From contig CAWBAT010000005.1 of NCBI GenBank assembly GCA_963786955.1, forward strand, positions 1,408,001 through 1,472,000: DNA of 64,000 bases, read 5' to 3'. Each line of letters starts with the position of its first letter. Within the stretch, counting starts at the first letter, position 1. This stretch comes from an uncultured Acidimicrobiia bacterium (GTDB lineage Bacteria; Acidobacteriota; Terriglobia; Versatilivoradales; Versatilivoraceae). The notes beneath the pieces were generated by a model. It was not told where the DNA came from, ran no database searches, and saw nothing but the letters and a program-made list of their open reading frames with translations. The position numbers and the translations under genes are program-made. This document shows, in pieces, positions 32,170 to 42,069 of the stretch.

Positions 32170-33407
32170 TTAGTTCTTCAGCGTGATCGACCCGATAACA
32201 CGGGTCTTACCGTATTGGTCGTCGAAGCCGTAGGCTGTGATCTTTACCTTACCGTTCTCAAAGACCTTACCTTAGCCCACGCATAGTCTCGGTCGGTACT
32301 AGGGCTCACAGTCGTGTCAGTGGGTGCGGCTTCAAACGGGGAGCCGCCCGAACCAACCAGAATTTGCCAGGCCTTCCCACCTTGAGTGGCGCGTGGCTGA
32401 GACAAGTGGAAAATATGTTCGTGTCCACAGAAGTAAGTTGCGCCGTATTGCTCGATCAAGTCCCAAAAAGCGTCTCGACTCACGACATCGTTGTCTAGCC
32501 CGGACGGTGACGCGGGCAGCGGGGCGATTGCACCGTAATAGTACGTGTAGGCGGGTTGCGGCCAAAAACAAAGAAATGCTGTGCACCACGCCCCTGGGCT
32601 GCCGAGAGGTCGTCGGCGAGCCATTTGACGGAGCATGCGCGTCTTTGCCGACCGGATCAGTGTTAATGACGACAGAAATGCAAACCCCGGAAGTCAAAGC
32701 TGTAGGAGAGCTGAGTCTGATCGGTCGTAAGACCGTCTGTCGCGCTTCGATTGTCGCCGGTGGCCTCATACGAGGGCTTCTCACCGAAAAGATTTTGGAA
32801 CCGTGTATCATCTAGGATCAGATCCCCCATATTCTGGCGCCAAACTCCTCGTTTTCCTGCATGGCGTGCTTGCCGCTGACACCACCGCACCCGCTTTCGC
32901 TGACTGCGTCATTGCACTGGGTTTCGTGATTGCCGGGTACGGGCACAACATACGTTCCTGTCTCCATCAAATTTGCAACCATGCCTCGCCAGAACCCGTA
33001 TTGCCGGTAAAACTTCATCAAGTCGGAGCCTATGACCCCATCGACGGTAGCAGCGTTTAGCGGAATAGTCGCGTTGCCGTATCCCATGATCATATCCCCG
33101 TTGAAGAACAGGAGGTCAGACTTCTGGGCCTGAATCAGCGCATGATCCGCGACCAGGCTTTGGTATTTTGAAGCCAAATCTTGTCCTGACTAGAGAGCGG
33201 CGAGGTTGTCGAGTCGAACTTTTTCGGATCCTGACGGGAGTCGCCTACGGTTGAGAACGAAAGGGCGACCTAATCCCGATCGTCGTCCCCCTCGTCTTTT
33301 TCATGATCGGCAGACAACGGAATAGGGTGCAGCGTGAGAGTGGCGTACGCTAGAGCAACCAAGATGAATGCTTTTCCCGCCGTTGCGGTGCGGTTGAACC
33401 ATTTCAT
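32170..33407 (-). CDS. Exported calcineurin-like metallophosphoesterase; many frameshifts
   Basis: Signal peptide MKWFNR… after aaggagg; motifs GDSR, FNGD, PGNHE, CGHEH spread over fragments; stop at 32170. Confidence 0.75.
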
Positions 33408-33539
33408 GTGAAGCCTCCTTTTTTGTTGAACCATCGATGTGTAGAAGATGAACTGCAAAGGATGGAGTGGGAAGTGTTGGCAATCGCAGCCCAGTCCAAA
33501 AATAAATCAACGGGAGGCTACGGACCCAATTGCATCCAT

Positions 33540-33566
33540 GTGAAGAATTCTTGAAGGCTGTGTTAA
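33540..33566 (-). promoter_or_regulatory. Pho-box array upstream of the metallophosphoesterase
   Basis: Minus strand TTAAC acagcc TTCAA gaattc TTCAC. Confidence 0.65.
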
Positions 33567-33798
33567 AACTGCAGAGAGAAACCGAAAAAGATGGGTCGAA
33601 ATGGATTGAGGGTTTTGTAACCGTTGAATTTGATTGTCGGGAAAAATTATCGGAAGATTTTTCAGCTAGGAAATGCAGAAGGATCTTTTCCGGGAAACAA
33701 CAAATATAATTCACAAATAATCTATCTGGCCCTCTTCCATATTATTCTCTAGCAGCTTGTCCCTAAGGATGAGCGGCTCGGGTTGGGCTTCCAATTCA

Positions 33799-35932
33799 TC
33801 AATCACCAATTTCCGACAAATCGCTTATTTTCTGGCTGGTTTTATTCATCAAGTAGTTTTGCGACCCGATCCTATGGGGGCTGTCATGCTTGCCTTCGGG
33901 TTTCCGTTGCAGATAGCTGCCATCGGATTGCATGTCCCAAGCACTTCGTTGGTCGTAGAGATGGATCTGCAGGATCCCCCAGATTTCCTCTCGCAATAAG
34001 GCATTCTCTATCGGAGTGACCGCTTCGACTCGATGCTCCAAATTCCGGTGCATCCAGTCTCCGGATCCAATATAGAATTCCCCGTCCGGGTCCTTTTCGG
34101 CGCCGTTGCGGAAGTAGAAGATCCGGGAGTGTTCAAGAAAGCGCCCGATGATTGAAATCACGCGGATATTTTCGCTCAGGTTGGGAACTTGCGGCCGTAA
34201 AATGCAAAACCCTCGCACGATAAGGTCGATCGAGACTCCTTCTGCGCTGGCTGCGTAGAGCGCCTTGCACACATCGCGGTCCTCTAGTTGGTTCAACTTG
34301 GCTATGATCTGGGCAGGACGGCCAGCCTTCTTATGCTCGACCTCTCTAGTGATCATTTCCAGAAACCGGCTCTTCATATTGGCCGGGGCTATAAGCAATT
34401 TACGGTAATCTGTTTTCCGGCTCCTTCCCGTGAGATAGTTGAAAAGGTCGGCCAAATCGACGGTAAAATCAGCATGGCAGGTCATTAGTCCCAAATCCAC
34501 ATAAAATTGGGCAGTATGATGGTTGTAATTGCCAGTGGCAATGTGGCCATAACAACGAGTCCCATTGCCCTCCTGCCGGACTATCAGTGTGGTCTTGGTA
34601 TGGGTTTTCAGTCCTTCTAGACCGTAGACGACATGGACGCCAGCTTTTTCCATCCGTTTGGCCAGTAAGATGTTTCCTCCTCATCAAATCTCGCCTTGAG
34701 TTCCACGAGGCACGCTACCTGCTTCCCGGTTTCGGCAGCTCGGATGAGCAGAGGGATGAAAGGACTGTCTTTTCCCGTCCGGTAAATAGTCATCTTGATT
34801 GCCAGAACGGCAGGATCTTCGACCGCCTCCTTCAGCATGCGGAGCACGGTCCCGTCAAAAGATTCGTAGGGATGATGGACAAGCAGATCTCCCGACTGAA
34901 TGACATCGAAGATGCTCCGCTCAGAATGGCGCACCCTTTCTGGGATCCGTGGCCGCCAAGGTGGGTATCGGAGGTGAACATAGGGGAGGGAGGCGATGAT
35001 GCGAAGGCTGGTGAAGTCCAGCAGACCAGACATCTCGAAGACGTCATGGGGGCCGATCTCCAATTCCTCAATGAGGAGTTGCCGCATTTCCGGATTGGGA
35101 TTGGATGGGAGCTCCAGCCGCACCACACATTCCATCCTCCGATGACGTAGTTGCTCTTCAACGGCTTGGAGCAGATCCTCGACGTCTTCGAGATCGCTTT
35201 CTACATCGGCATTGCGAGTAACGCGGAAAGGCATGACGATGTCCAGGGGGATTTCAGGAAACAACCATTCCAAGTGGTGTTCAATCAATTCCATCCGGTG
35301 AATGTATCTACATACGCTTTCCCAACAATTATCGATCTTGATCCATTGCGGAATAGTGCCGGACACTTAACTCGCGCAAATGATAATTTCCCCCGTTTGT
35401 GGGTGGGGAGCGTCAGTCCCAATGAGGTGGAGAGGTTGGAGATAAAAGGGAAAGGATGCCCAAGATCAACAGAAAGTGGCGTCAGTACTGGAAAGATGGT
35501 TTTCTCGAACGGGGGTGGCAGAGTTCCTCTTCTCCGCTGGTGAGACCTTCCCAGTCAAGCAAATGGATACCTTGCTCTGCCCAGTGCTGGCCGAATGTTA
35601 TTCAGGTAGACCTCTGCCTGCTGATTGACGAGAGACTGGATGGTCGACCGCATTGTGGTGAGTAATTCCAGGGGCGTTTTTTGATCGGGTGAACTGAAAC
35701 TAACGCCGGCTCGAATCTGCTCCCGCAAACCATAGACCCGCTTCATAACAAATTCGTCAAGGTTCGATGTGAAAATGGCTAGGAAATTGACGCGTTCCAG
35801 AAGCGGCGTGCGTTCATCAAGTGCTTCATGGAGCACGCGGCGATTGAACTCCAGCCAATTCAAATCGCGATCAAAGAATAGTGGCGTTCCCAGTTTGGTC
35901 AGAGGCGAAAGGGATAAATTGGTTGTGGTCAC
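33799..35932 (-). CDS. ppk1: Polyphosphate kinase 1; frameshifted
   Basis: [49 protein letters not shown]. Confidence 0.95.
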
Positions 35933-35974
35933 AGAAAACCTCTATGCCGCATTCGTCCACCCTGACATAGGACG

Positions 35975-36012
35975 GTTAACAGGATATGAAATCCGTATTA
36001 ATTTGAATTGAA
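35975..36012 (-). promoter_or_regulatory. Pho-box array upstream of ppk1
   Basis: Minus strand TTCAA ttcaaa TTAAT acggat TTCAT atcctg TTAAC. Confidence 0.75.
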
Positions 36013-36136
36013 TTTCGCAGTATCCCTAGAATTTAAGGTGATAAATTGACCCTTTTTGCTCACCTTTCCCTCGGAAATGAGTACCTCCCATTGACCGCAA
36101 GAGAATTCTGAACTGTCCTCTGATTTCCGAAACGAA

Positions 36137-36174
36137 TTAACACGCTCTTCATCTCTCGAAAACGTGCCCTTCAT
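36137..36174 (+). promoter_or_regulatory. Pho-box-like array upstream of receiver gene 2
   Basis: TTAAC acgctc TTCAT ctctcg AAAAC gtgccc TTCAT. Confidence 0.7.
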
Positions 36175-36335
36175 GCATCTCGGTTATTCTTTCATTGTTG
36201 ACCGGAAATGTTGGGGAGTTGGTTCATGCATCCAGCCGAGCATCTCTAAACCCCGGAATTGAAAACAAACTAAAACGGAACAATCGAGTCCGTCACATTT
36301 GTCTGAATGAGGCTGCAGAAAGAAAGGATGGAGCC

Positions 36336-36806
36336 ATGTTAAGCGCAGAAAATATGCAAATCAGATCCAGAACGAAAGTGATCAGAAAAGAAATGCCTCG
36401 CAAGAACATCCTGGTTGTGGGCCAAGAAGATCATCACCGGTTGCTGCTCGCGACTTTGCTCGCTGAAGAAGGCCACTCCGTCTTGTCGTGTAGTTCTGAC
36501 GATGAGGCGTTAAAATTGATTCAAGGTGGGAGCATTCACTTCATCATTATCGATCATTTTGCTCCTGAGTTGGATGGATTGCGCTTATTGGAAAAAATCA
36601 AACAAAGTACAACTAGAGCGCCTGTACTCATGATTTCTGCGCAGTATGACGTTGAGCCTTACATTACGGCTATGAATCTGGGAGCTCTGGATTATTTCGG
36701 CAAGCCTATAGACTATGCCGACATTCAAAGAATTCTGAATACATACAATGGTCCCTACTCCCAGACTAAACGCAAATACAATGTCGTCCTAGACGAGGAG
36801 TATTGA
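36336..36806 (+). CDS. Stand-alone receiver protein, paralog of 4261..4710
   Basis: IDHFAPELDG, TAMNLGALDYFGKP; first motif VGQEDH. Confidence 0.85.
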   Translation: MLSAENMQIRSRTKVIRKEMPRKNILVVGQEDHHRLLLATLLAEEGHSVLSCSSDDEALKLIQGGSIHFIIIDHFAPELDGLRLLEKIKQSTTRAPVLMISAQYDVEPYITAMNLGALDYFGKPIDYADIQRILNTYNGPYSQTKRKYNVVLDEEY

Positions 36807-37020
36807 GTTGATGCCTCTTTAAAACGGTTTATCGGGAAGGTGTTTCTGCGTATTTCTGGCTCAATTGACTTTGCAGGTGCGAAGCATAAACCGCCCACAG
36901 AGGGCCGATTAACCCGAATTCCGAAGTTGGGCGGGCATGATTTATCTCAATGGGCTGTTTTACCTGAGGCTTGCAAGACACGGACAAAGGGAAAAAGTAT
37001 AGCGAGAGTTTGCGAATTTT

Positions 37021-37094
37021 GGTGGAACGCGCGCTCTGCCGCGCGTTCACTGAGCGTGCGCGCGGGGACAGCGGTCTTACGCGCACGCTCCACC
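37021..37094. repeat. REP-like palindromic element (GGTGGA…TCCACC); homolog at 53018
   Basis: ggtggaacgcgcgctctgccgcgcgttc…gcgcacgctccacc between convergent genes. Confidence 0.7.
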
Positions 37095-37286
37095 TGGCGA
37101 CACTCGCGCAATTTGGGAATTAAGGGAGAAGGGGCAAGGAAGATCTCTCTGCTCCGAATTTAGAAAGTGAGTATCCTCAATTTCCACTATTCGATTTAGC
37201 CCTGATTTGCCTTTAGAATTCTGCATTGCGATCAAAAATCTTCCACATTGTCTATCAGCAATCACGGGAAATTCACAAAGAGACAG

Positions 37287-37970
37287 CTATTCATTACTAG
37301 CCAATGCCTTCTGTTCGGCATGGTGGCGAATATCGCGACCCAGTACCATATAGATGACATCCTCGGCGATATTTGTGGCGTGATCGGCGATTCTCTCCAG
37401 ATTTCGCGATACAAGAATGAGATCCAAGGCTTGGAGAATATGGCGGGGATCTCGAATCATGTGCGCGATTAATTCCCGGAATATCAAGTCTCGATAACTG
37501 TCCACTTCGTCGTCGCGCAACACGACCTGGCGGGCTAAATCCGTGTCCCGCCTGACGAATGCATCCAAGGCATCTCTGACCATACCCTTAGCGATGTCGG
37601 CCATCCGAGGAATGTCAATCAACGGCTTCAGTGCAGGCTGAGCCACAATCGAAAGAGCCCGTTGAGCGATGTTGACAGCCTGATCCCCCATACGTTCCAG
37701 ATCACTGTTGATCTTCATCGTTGCCGTAATGAATCGAAGATCCACGGCCATCGGTTGCTGCAGCGCCAGCAATTGGAGAGCGCGATCGTCCAGCTCCAGG
37801 TGGAGTTCATTGATCTGGGGTTCCATATCCACAAGCACCTGGGTCGCCAGGTTTTCATTCCGGTTGTTTAGCCCTTCCAAACTGGTATGAATAGCCTTCT
37901 CCACCAGACTGCTCATGAAAAGCATGCGTTCCTTCAATTCTTCCAACTGATCTTCAAAATGGCGATGCAT
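37287..37970 (-). CDS. phoU: Phosphate signalling protein PhoU
   Basis: QPMAVDLR, DLERMGD, LERIADHATNIAE. Confidence 0.96.
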   Translation of the reverse strand: MHRHFEDQLEELKERMLFMSSLVEKAIHTSLEGLNNRNENLATQVLVDMEPQINELHLELDDRALQLLALQQPMAVDLRFITATMKINSDLERMGDQAVNIAQRALSIVAQPALKPLIDIPRMADIAKGMVRDALDAFVRRDTDLARQVVLRDDEVDSYRDLIFRELIAHMIRDPRHILQALDLILVSRNLERIADHATNIAEDVIYMVLGRDIRHHAEQKALASNE

Positions 37971-37981
37971 GGGACCTCCTC

Positions 37982-38821
37982 CTATCCAAATCGACCCGTG
38001 ATGTAATCTTCTGTTTCTTTGCGCGACGGATTCGTAAACATTTTACTGGTGACATCCATTTCAATGAGCTCTCCCATAAAGAAGAATGCCGTATAATCGG
38101 AAACCCGAGCGGCCTGCTGCATGTTGTGAGTCACAATGATAATGGTGTAGCTCCTTTTTAGCTCGAGGATGAGTTCCTCGATCTTCGCTGTGGAGATTGG
38201 ATCCAATGCCGAGGCGGGTTCGTCCATGAGCAGCGTATCGGGCTTCACGGCCAGAGATCGGGCAATACACAAGCGCTGCTGCTGACCTCCCGAAAGTCCG
38301 AGAGCGGAGCTGTCTAAACGATCCTTGACCTCATCCCAGATCGCCGCATCCCGCAAGCTCTTCTCCACAATCTCATCCAATTCGGACTTCTTTTTGGCGT
38401 AACCATTAATCTTGACGCCATAGGCAACATTTTCGTAGATCGATTTGGGAAAGGGATTGGACTTTTGAAAAATCATCCCCACTTTGCGTCGAAGGAGGAT
38501 GGGGTCGACTGATTTTGCATAGATATCCTGCCCATCGATATAGATTTTCCCCGTCACACGAGTACCCGGGACCAGATCATTCATACGATTCAGAGAACGC
38601 AGAAAAGTAGATTTTCCACAACCCGAAGGTCCGATCAAGGCAGTGATGTGTTTCTCTCTCACTTGCATACTGATCCCTGACAGCGCGCGGTTCTTACCAT
38701 AATAAAAGTCCACGTTTTCGGCGACAACCTTACTGAGGACTTCCATGGGCTTTTTCTCCTCGGTCTTGGTCCTGAGTGGAATCTGTATGGCGAGTTTCCT
38801 AAAAGTTGTGCCGGTAGTCAT
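37982..38821 (-). CDS. pstB: Phosphate ABC ATPase PstB (operon 1)
   Basis: [27 protein letters not shown]. Confidence 0.96.
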   Translation of the reverse strand: MTTGTTFRKLAIQIPLRTKTEEKKPMEVLSKVVAENVDFYYGKNRALSGISMQVREKHITALIGPSGCGKSTFLRSLNRMNDLVPGTRVTGKIYIDGQDIYAKSVDPILLRRKVGMIFQKSNPFPKSIYENVAYGVKINGYAKKKSELDEIVEKSLRDAAIWDEVKDRLDSSALGLSGGQQQRLCIARSLAVKPDTLLMDEPASALDPISTAKIEELILELKRSYTIIIVTHNMQQAARVSDYTAFFFMGELIEMDVTSKMFTNPSRKETEDYITGRFG

Positions 38822-39795
38822 GCTCTTCTCCTCAATCGGGCTCGCATCTGGCTGCGAATGATGATGGCAACGAGGTTCAAAAGAAAAGTCAAGGCCAGCA
38901 GGACAAATACCGTCGAATATAAGATCGGTTTGGTTTTTTCAACATCGGGAGATTGGGTAGAGAGAACGAAGATATGATAGCCCAACTCCATAAATTGCGA
39001 AGTCAATTTCTTGGGGAGTTCGGGCAGAAAATAAGCGGCTCCGGTAAACAAGATGGGCGCCACTTCTCCGGCTCCACGACTGACGGCTAGAATTCCTCCG
39101 GTCATAATTCCCGTCACGGCCTGGGGCAGCACGGTGTGGACAATGGTCTGGAATTTCGTAGCCCCCAAGGCCATGCTCGCCTCGCGCAATTCGTTTGGAA
39201 TGGCCCGGAGGGTATCTTCGGTAGTAAGGATCACTACCGGCATGGTCAAAACCGCCAAAGTCAGTGCCGCCCAAATGATGGCCGGTTGTCCAAAAACGAG
39301 GCTTCCACCATAAAACAGCCGGTCAATATTCCCCCCCATGAATTTTACGAAGAACCCCAGACCGAACAATCCAAAAACAATGGAAGGGACACCTGCCAAG
39401 TTACTCACCGCCAAGCGAGTCGTCTTGTAAAGAATTGAACTGTGAGCACTGTATTCGTGTAGGTAAATCGCCACCATGACTCCAACGGGAACCACCGCTA
39501 ACGTCATGAGGATCACGAGCAAAAGAGTGCCGTAGATAGCGGGGAAAATGCCTCCTGCCGTCATGCCTTCTTCAGGAGCCGCCGTGATAAACCGCCACGA
39601 AAGGTAATCTTTGCCATTCATGAAGATGTTCCCAATGATGAACGCTACCATCAATACAATGATCAAGCAGGCTGAGCCCGTCAAGAGATAGAAGATTTTC
39701 CCAGGGACGTCGAGACGTTGTCTCATTTCGTCTTCCACAGGGGAATTGGACAAAGTCCCCCCCGGCGTGATCACTGGATTTGTGGAAACGATCAT
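38818..39795 (-). CDS. pstA: Phosphate ABC permease PstA (operon 1)
   Basis: [30 protein letters not shown]; likely ATG at 39795. Confidence 0.95.
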   Translation of the reverse strand: MIVSTNPVITPGGTLSNSPVEDEMRQRLDVPGKIFYLLTGSACLIIVLMVAFIIGNIFMNGKDYLSWRFITAAPEEGMTAGGIFPAIYGTLLLVILMTLAVVPVGVMVAIYLHEYSAHSSILYKTTRLAVSNLAGVPSIVFGLFGLGFFVKFMGGNIDRLFYGGSLVFGQPAIIWAALTLAVLTMPVVILTTEDTLRAIPNELREASMALGATKFQTIVHTVLPQAVTGIMTGGILAVSRGAGEVAPILFTGAAYFLPELPKKLTSQFMELGYHIFVLSTQSPDVEKTKPILYSTVFVLLALTFLLNLVAIIIRSQMRARLRRRA

Positions 39796-39820
39796 AAACC
39801 TTTCCTTATTGAGATCTTTA

Positions 39821-39958
39821 AGGTAGGGACGGCCCGCTGGGCTGTCCGCGACGCGACCATCGGTCGCGCCCTGCCATTCCGAAATGTTCAATCTTCAGGT
39901 GACGCGCCGCTGCGCCGTCCACCTAAATCTCAAGATGGGGGGCAACGCGTCCCTATCG
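39821..39958. repeat. GTAG-type REP-like cluster inserted between pstC and pstA
   Basis: ggtagggacggcccgctgggctgtcc, gcgaccatcggtcgc, …cgcgtccctatc hairpins. Confidence 0.6.
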
Positions 39959-39972
39959 CAGATCGCTAATGA

Positions 39973-40977
39973 TTATCGCCCCATCAATTTTCGCTTTAGC
40001 CTGGCTAAAAAGTATTCACCCATCATATTCAGCAAAAACGTCAGCACAAACAACATCGCCCCTAAGAAAAACAAAACATAATAATGAGGGCTATGAAAAA
40101 CAACTTCACCCAGCTCGGCGGCGATAGTGGCAGAGATGGTGCGAACTGAGTCTGTCAGCTTGAGAGATGTGACGGCTGCATTACCGGAAGCCATCAGGAC
40201 GACCATGGTTTCACCCATGGCCCGACCAAACCCAAGCACTAGGGCTGCAAAAATTCCGGGTGTCGCTGCAGGCAGCACGACAGACCAGGCCGTTTTCCAG
40301 GGGGCAACTCCCAATGCCAGCGAAGCTTCCCGGTAGGTGCGCGGAACAGAGGTGAGAGCGTCTTCGCTGACCGTATAAATGATCGGGATGATGGCCAGAG
40401 CCATCGCCACTCCTGCGGTAACGGCATTCAAACGGTAGTCGAAGCCAAATAAATCCTGAAGCCAGGTTGCAAGCACCAGGAGAGCCAAGAACCCTAATAC
40501 CACAGAGGGAACGCCTGCCAGCAACTCGATGACCGGCTTGACAATCTCGCGGATCCGATGATGAGCAAACTCTGCCGTGTAAATGGCCGCTGCAATTGCC
40601 AGAGGTGCCCCGAAGAGCAACGCAATGATCGTGACTTTGAGGGTTCCCAGGAAAAGAGGGAGAACACTGTACTTGGGAACCTCACCCACAGGTTGCCAGA
40701 CAAAATGCAAAGGCCTCTCTTCAGTCCCGTAATTCTGAGGGGCAAAAAGATTACTCAGGCTGGCCTCTTTCTTAGTGTCTGGGTCGTAAAAGACAGGAAT
40801 AGCCTCTTTCCCGACATAAATGAAAATGAGAAAAATAATTGAAATGGCCAAAATGGCATTGAAAAGGATGAATTTCCCAAAAAGAAAATCTTTGAGACGG
40901 GCACCGGTCAGATGGCTGGAAAAAGAATTGGTATCGGCGACTCTCAGTTCAGAATTAAGCGGAACATTGATATTCAT
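39973..40977 (-). CDS. pstC: Phosphate ABC permease PstC (operon 1)
   Basis: IELLAGVPSVV, GRAMGETM. Confidence 0.95.
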   Translation of the reverse strand: MNINVPLNSELRVADTNSFSSHLTGARLKDFLFGKFILFNAILAISIIFLIFIYVGKEAIPVFYDPDTKKEASLSNLFAPQNYGTEERPLHFVWQPVGEVPKYSVLPLFLGTLKVTIIALLFGAPLAIAAAIYTAEFAHHRIREIVKPVIELLAGVPSVVLGFLALLVLATWLQDLFGFDYRLNAVTAGVAMALAIIPIIYTVSEDALTSVPRTYREASLALGVAPWKTAWSVVLPAATPGIFAALVLGFGRAMGETMVVLMASGNAAVTSLKLTDSVRTISATIAAELGEVVFHSPHYYVLFFLGAMLFVLTFLLNMMGEYFLARLKRKLMGR

Positions 40978-41079
40978 GGCAGTTGATCTGACCTGGAAAG
41001 AGAGGCTACAAAGGATCGGTAAGGTGATGAACTCTACAGCCGCCCTGATCCTTAAGTGCAGAAGCTTCAGGCTTACGGC

Positions 41080-41961
41080 CTACTTCGCTTTCTTCTTGAT
41101 TGCGCCCGGCGAATCTACGCCTTTCTTGGGCAAGGGGTAGTAGCCGACTTCCTCAACCAACTTCTGGCCTTCGTGACCAAGAACCCAATCCACTAACTTT
41201 TTCATTTCACCGGACGGATCCCCAGCCGTATACCAGTAAAGATAGCGGCTAATCGGATATTTGCCACTCAAGACATTTTCCATGGAAGGCTCGACGGCAG
41301 GGCTGCTGTCATCCTTTTTGACCATGGCGTGATGAATCCCCTTGGCATAAGCGATACCCCCGTAGCCGATGGACTTTGGGTCTTTCGCCACGGCATTGGT
41401 CACCGCCGATGTACCAGGCAAAGTTTGAATCGTAGGATAAAAATCCGCGTTCCCTAATACATGCTCCTTAAAGTAGGCATAAGTACCGGAATTGTTTTCC
41501 CGGCTATACGCAATGATCATGCCCGCTTTTCCTCCAACGTCCTTCCAATCAGTAATCTTTCCGGTGTAGATTCCCTTAATCTGCTCCAGCGAGAGCTCCT
41601 TGATCGGGTTGGCTGAGTTCAAATAGATGGCCAAGCCGTCGACCGCAACTGGGATCTCCACAACGGCTGCATTGCGTTTGGTTTTCACTTCATCTTTTTC
41701 CTTGTCCTTCATCGGGCGGGAGGCTTCACAAATATCCGTGGTCCCGTTGATCAGGGCTGCGATTCCAGTACCGGAACCGCCACCCGTAACCTGGATTCGC
41801 GAACCGGGATTCTTCTTCATATAAACCTCGGCCCAGCGCTGGCCGAGCAAAACCATCGTATCCGAACCCTTAATCGTTATGGCATTTTGGGCGAAATGAG
41901 AGCCGACAGGCACTAACATCAAAAGTAAGATGACCATAAGACACTTCTTGGTCCAGTTCAT
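41080..41961 (-). CDS. pstS: Phosphate-binding protein PstS (GSDT/GGSG type, operon 1)
   Basis: KGSDTM, GGGSGTG, ASR, RENNSGT, YPISR. Confidence 0.95.
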   Translation of the reverse strand: MNWTKKCLMVILLLMLVPVGSHFAQNAITIKGSDTMVLLGQRWAEVYMKKNPGSRIQVTGGGSGTGIAALINGTTDICEASRPMKDKEKDEVKTKRNAAVVEIPVAVDGLAIYLNSANPIKELSLEQIKGIYTGKITDWKDVGGKAGMIIAYSRENNSGTYAYFKEHVLGNADFYPTIQTLPGTSAVTNAVAKDPKSIGYGGIAYAKGIHHAMVKKDDSSPAVEPSMENVLSGKYPISRYLYWYTAGDPSGEMKKLVDWVLGHEGQKLVEEVGYYPLPKKGVDSPGAIKKKAK

Positions 41962-42006
41962 AAATAAAGCTCCTTATCAAGCATAAATTAGGGATATCTC
42001 ACTGAT

Positions 42007-42044
42007 GTGAACTAAATGTTAAATTTGTGTTAATTTTACATTAA
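42007..42044 (-). promoter_or_regulatory. Pho-box array upstream of pstS operon 1 (strongest in the window)
   Basis: Minus strand TTAAT gtaaaa TTAAC acaaat TTAAC atttag TTCAC. Confidence 0.85.
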
Positions 42045-42069
42045 ATTACTGAGTCCTTGTTGAGGCAGT

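Noticed and set aside
8700-35600. Programmed frameshifting or phase variation as the cause of split genes
   Set aside because: Breaks are numerous, lack a shared slippery motif or long repeat tract, and hit unrelated genes; sequencing error is simpler
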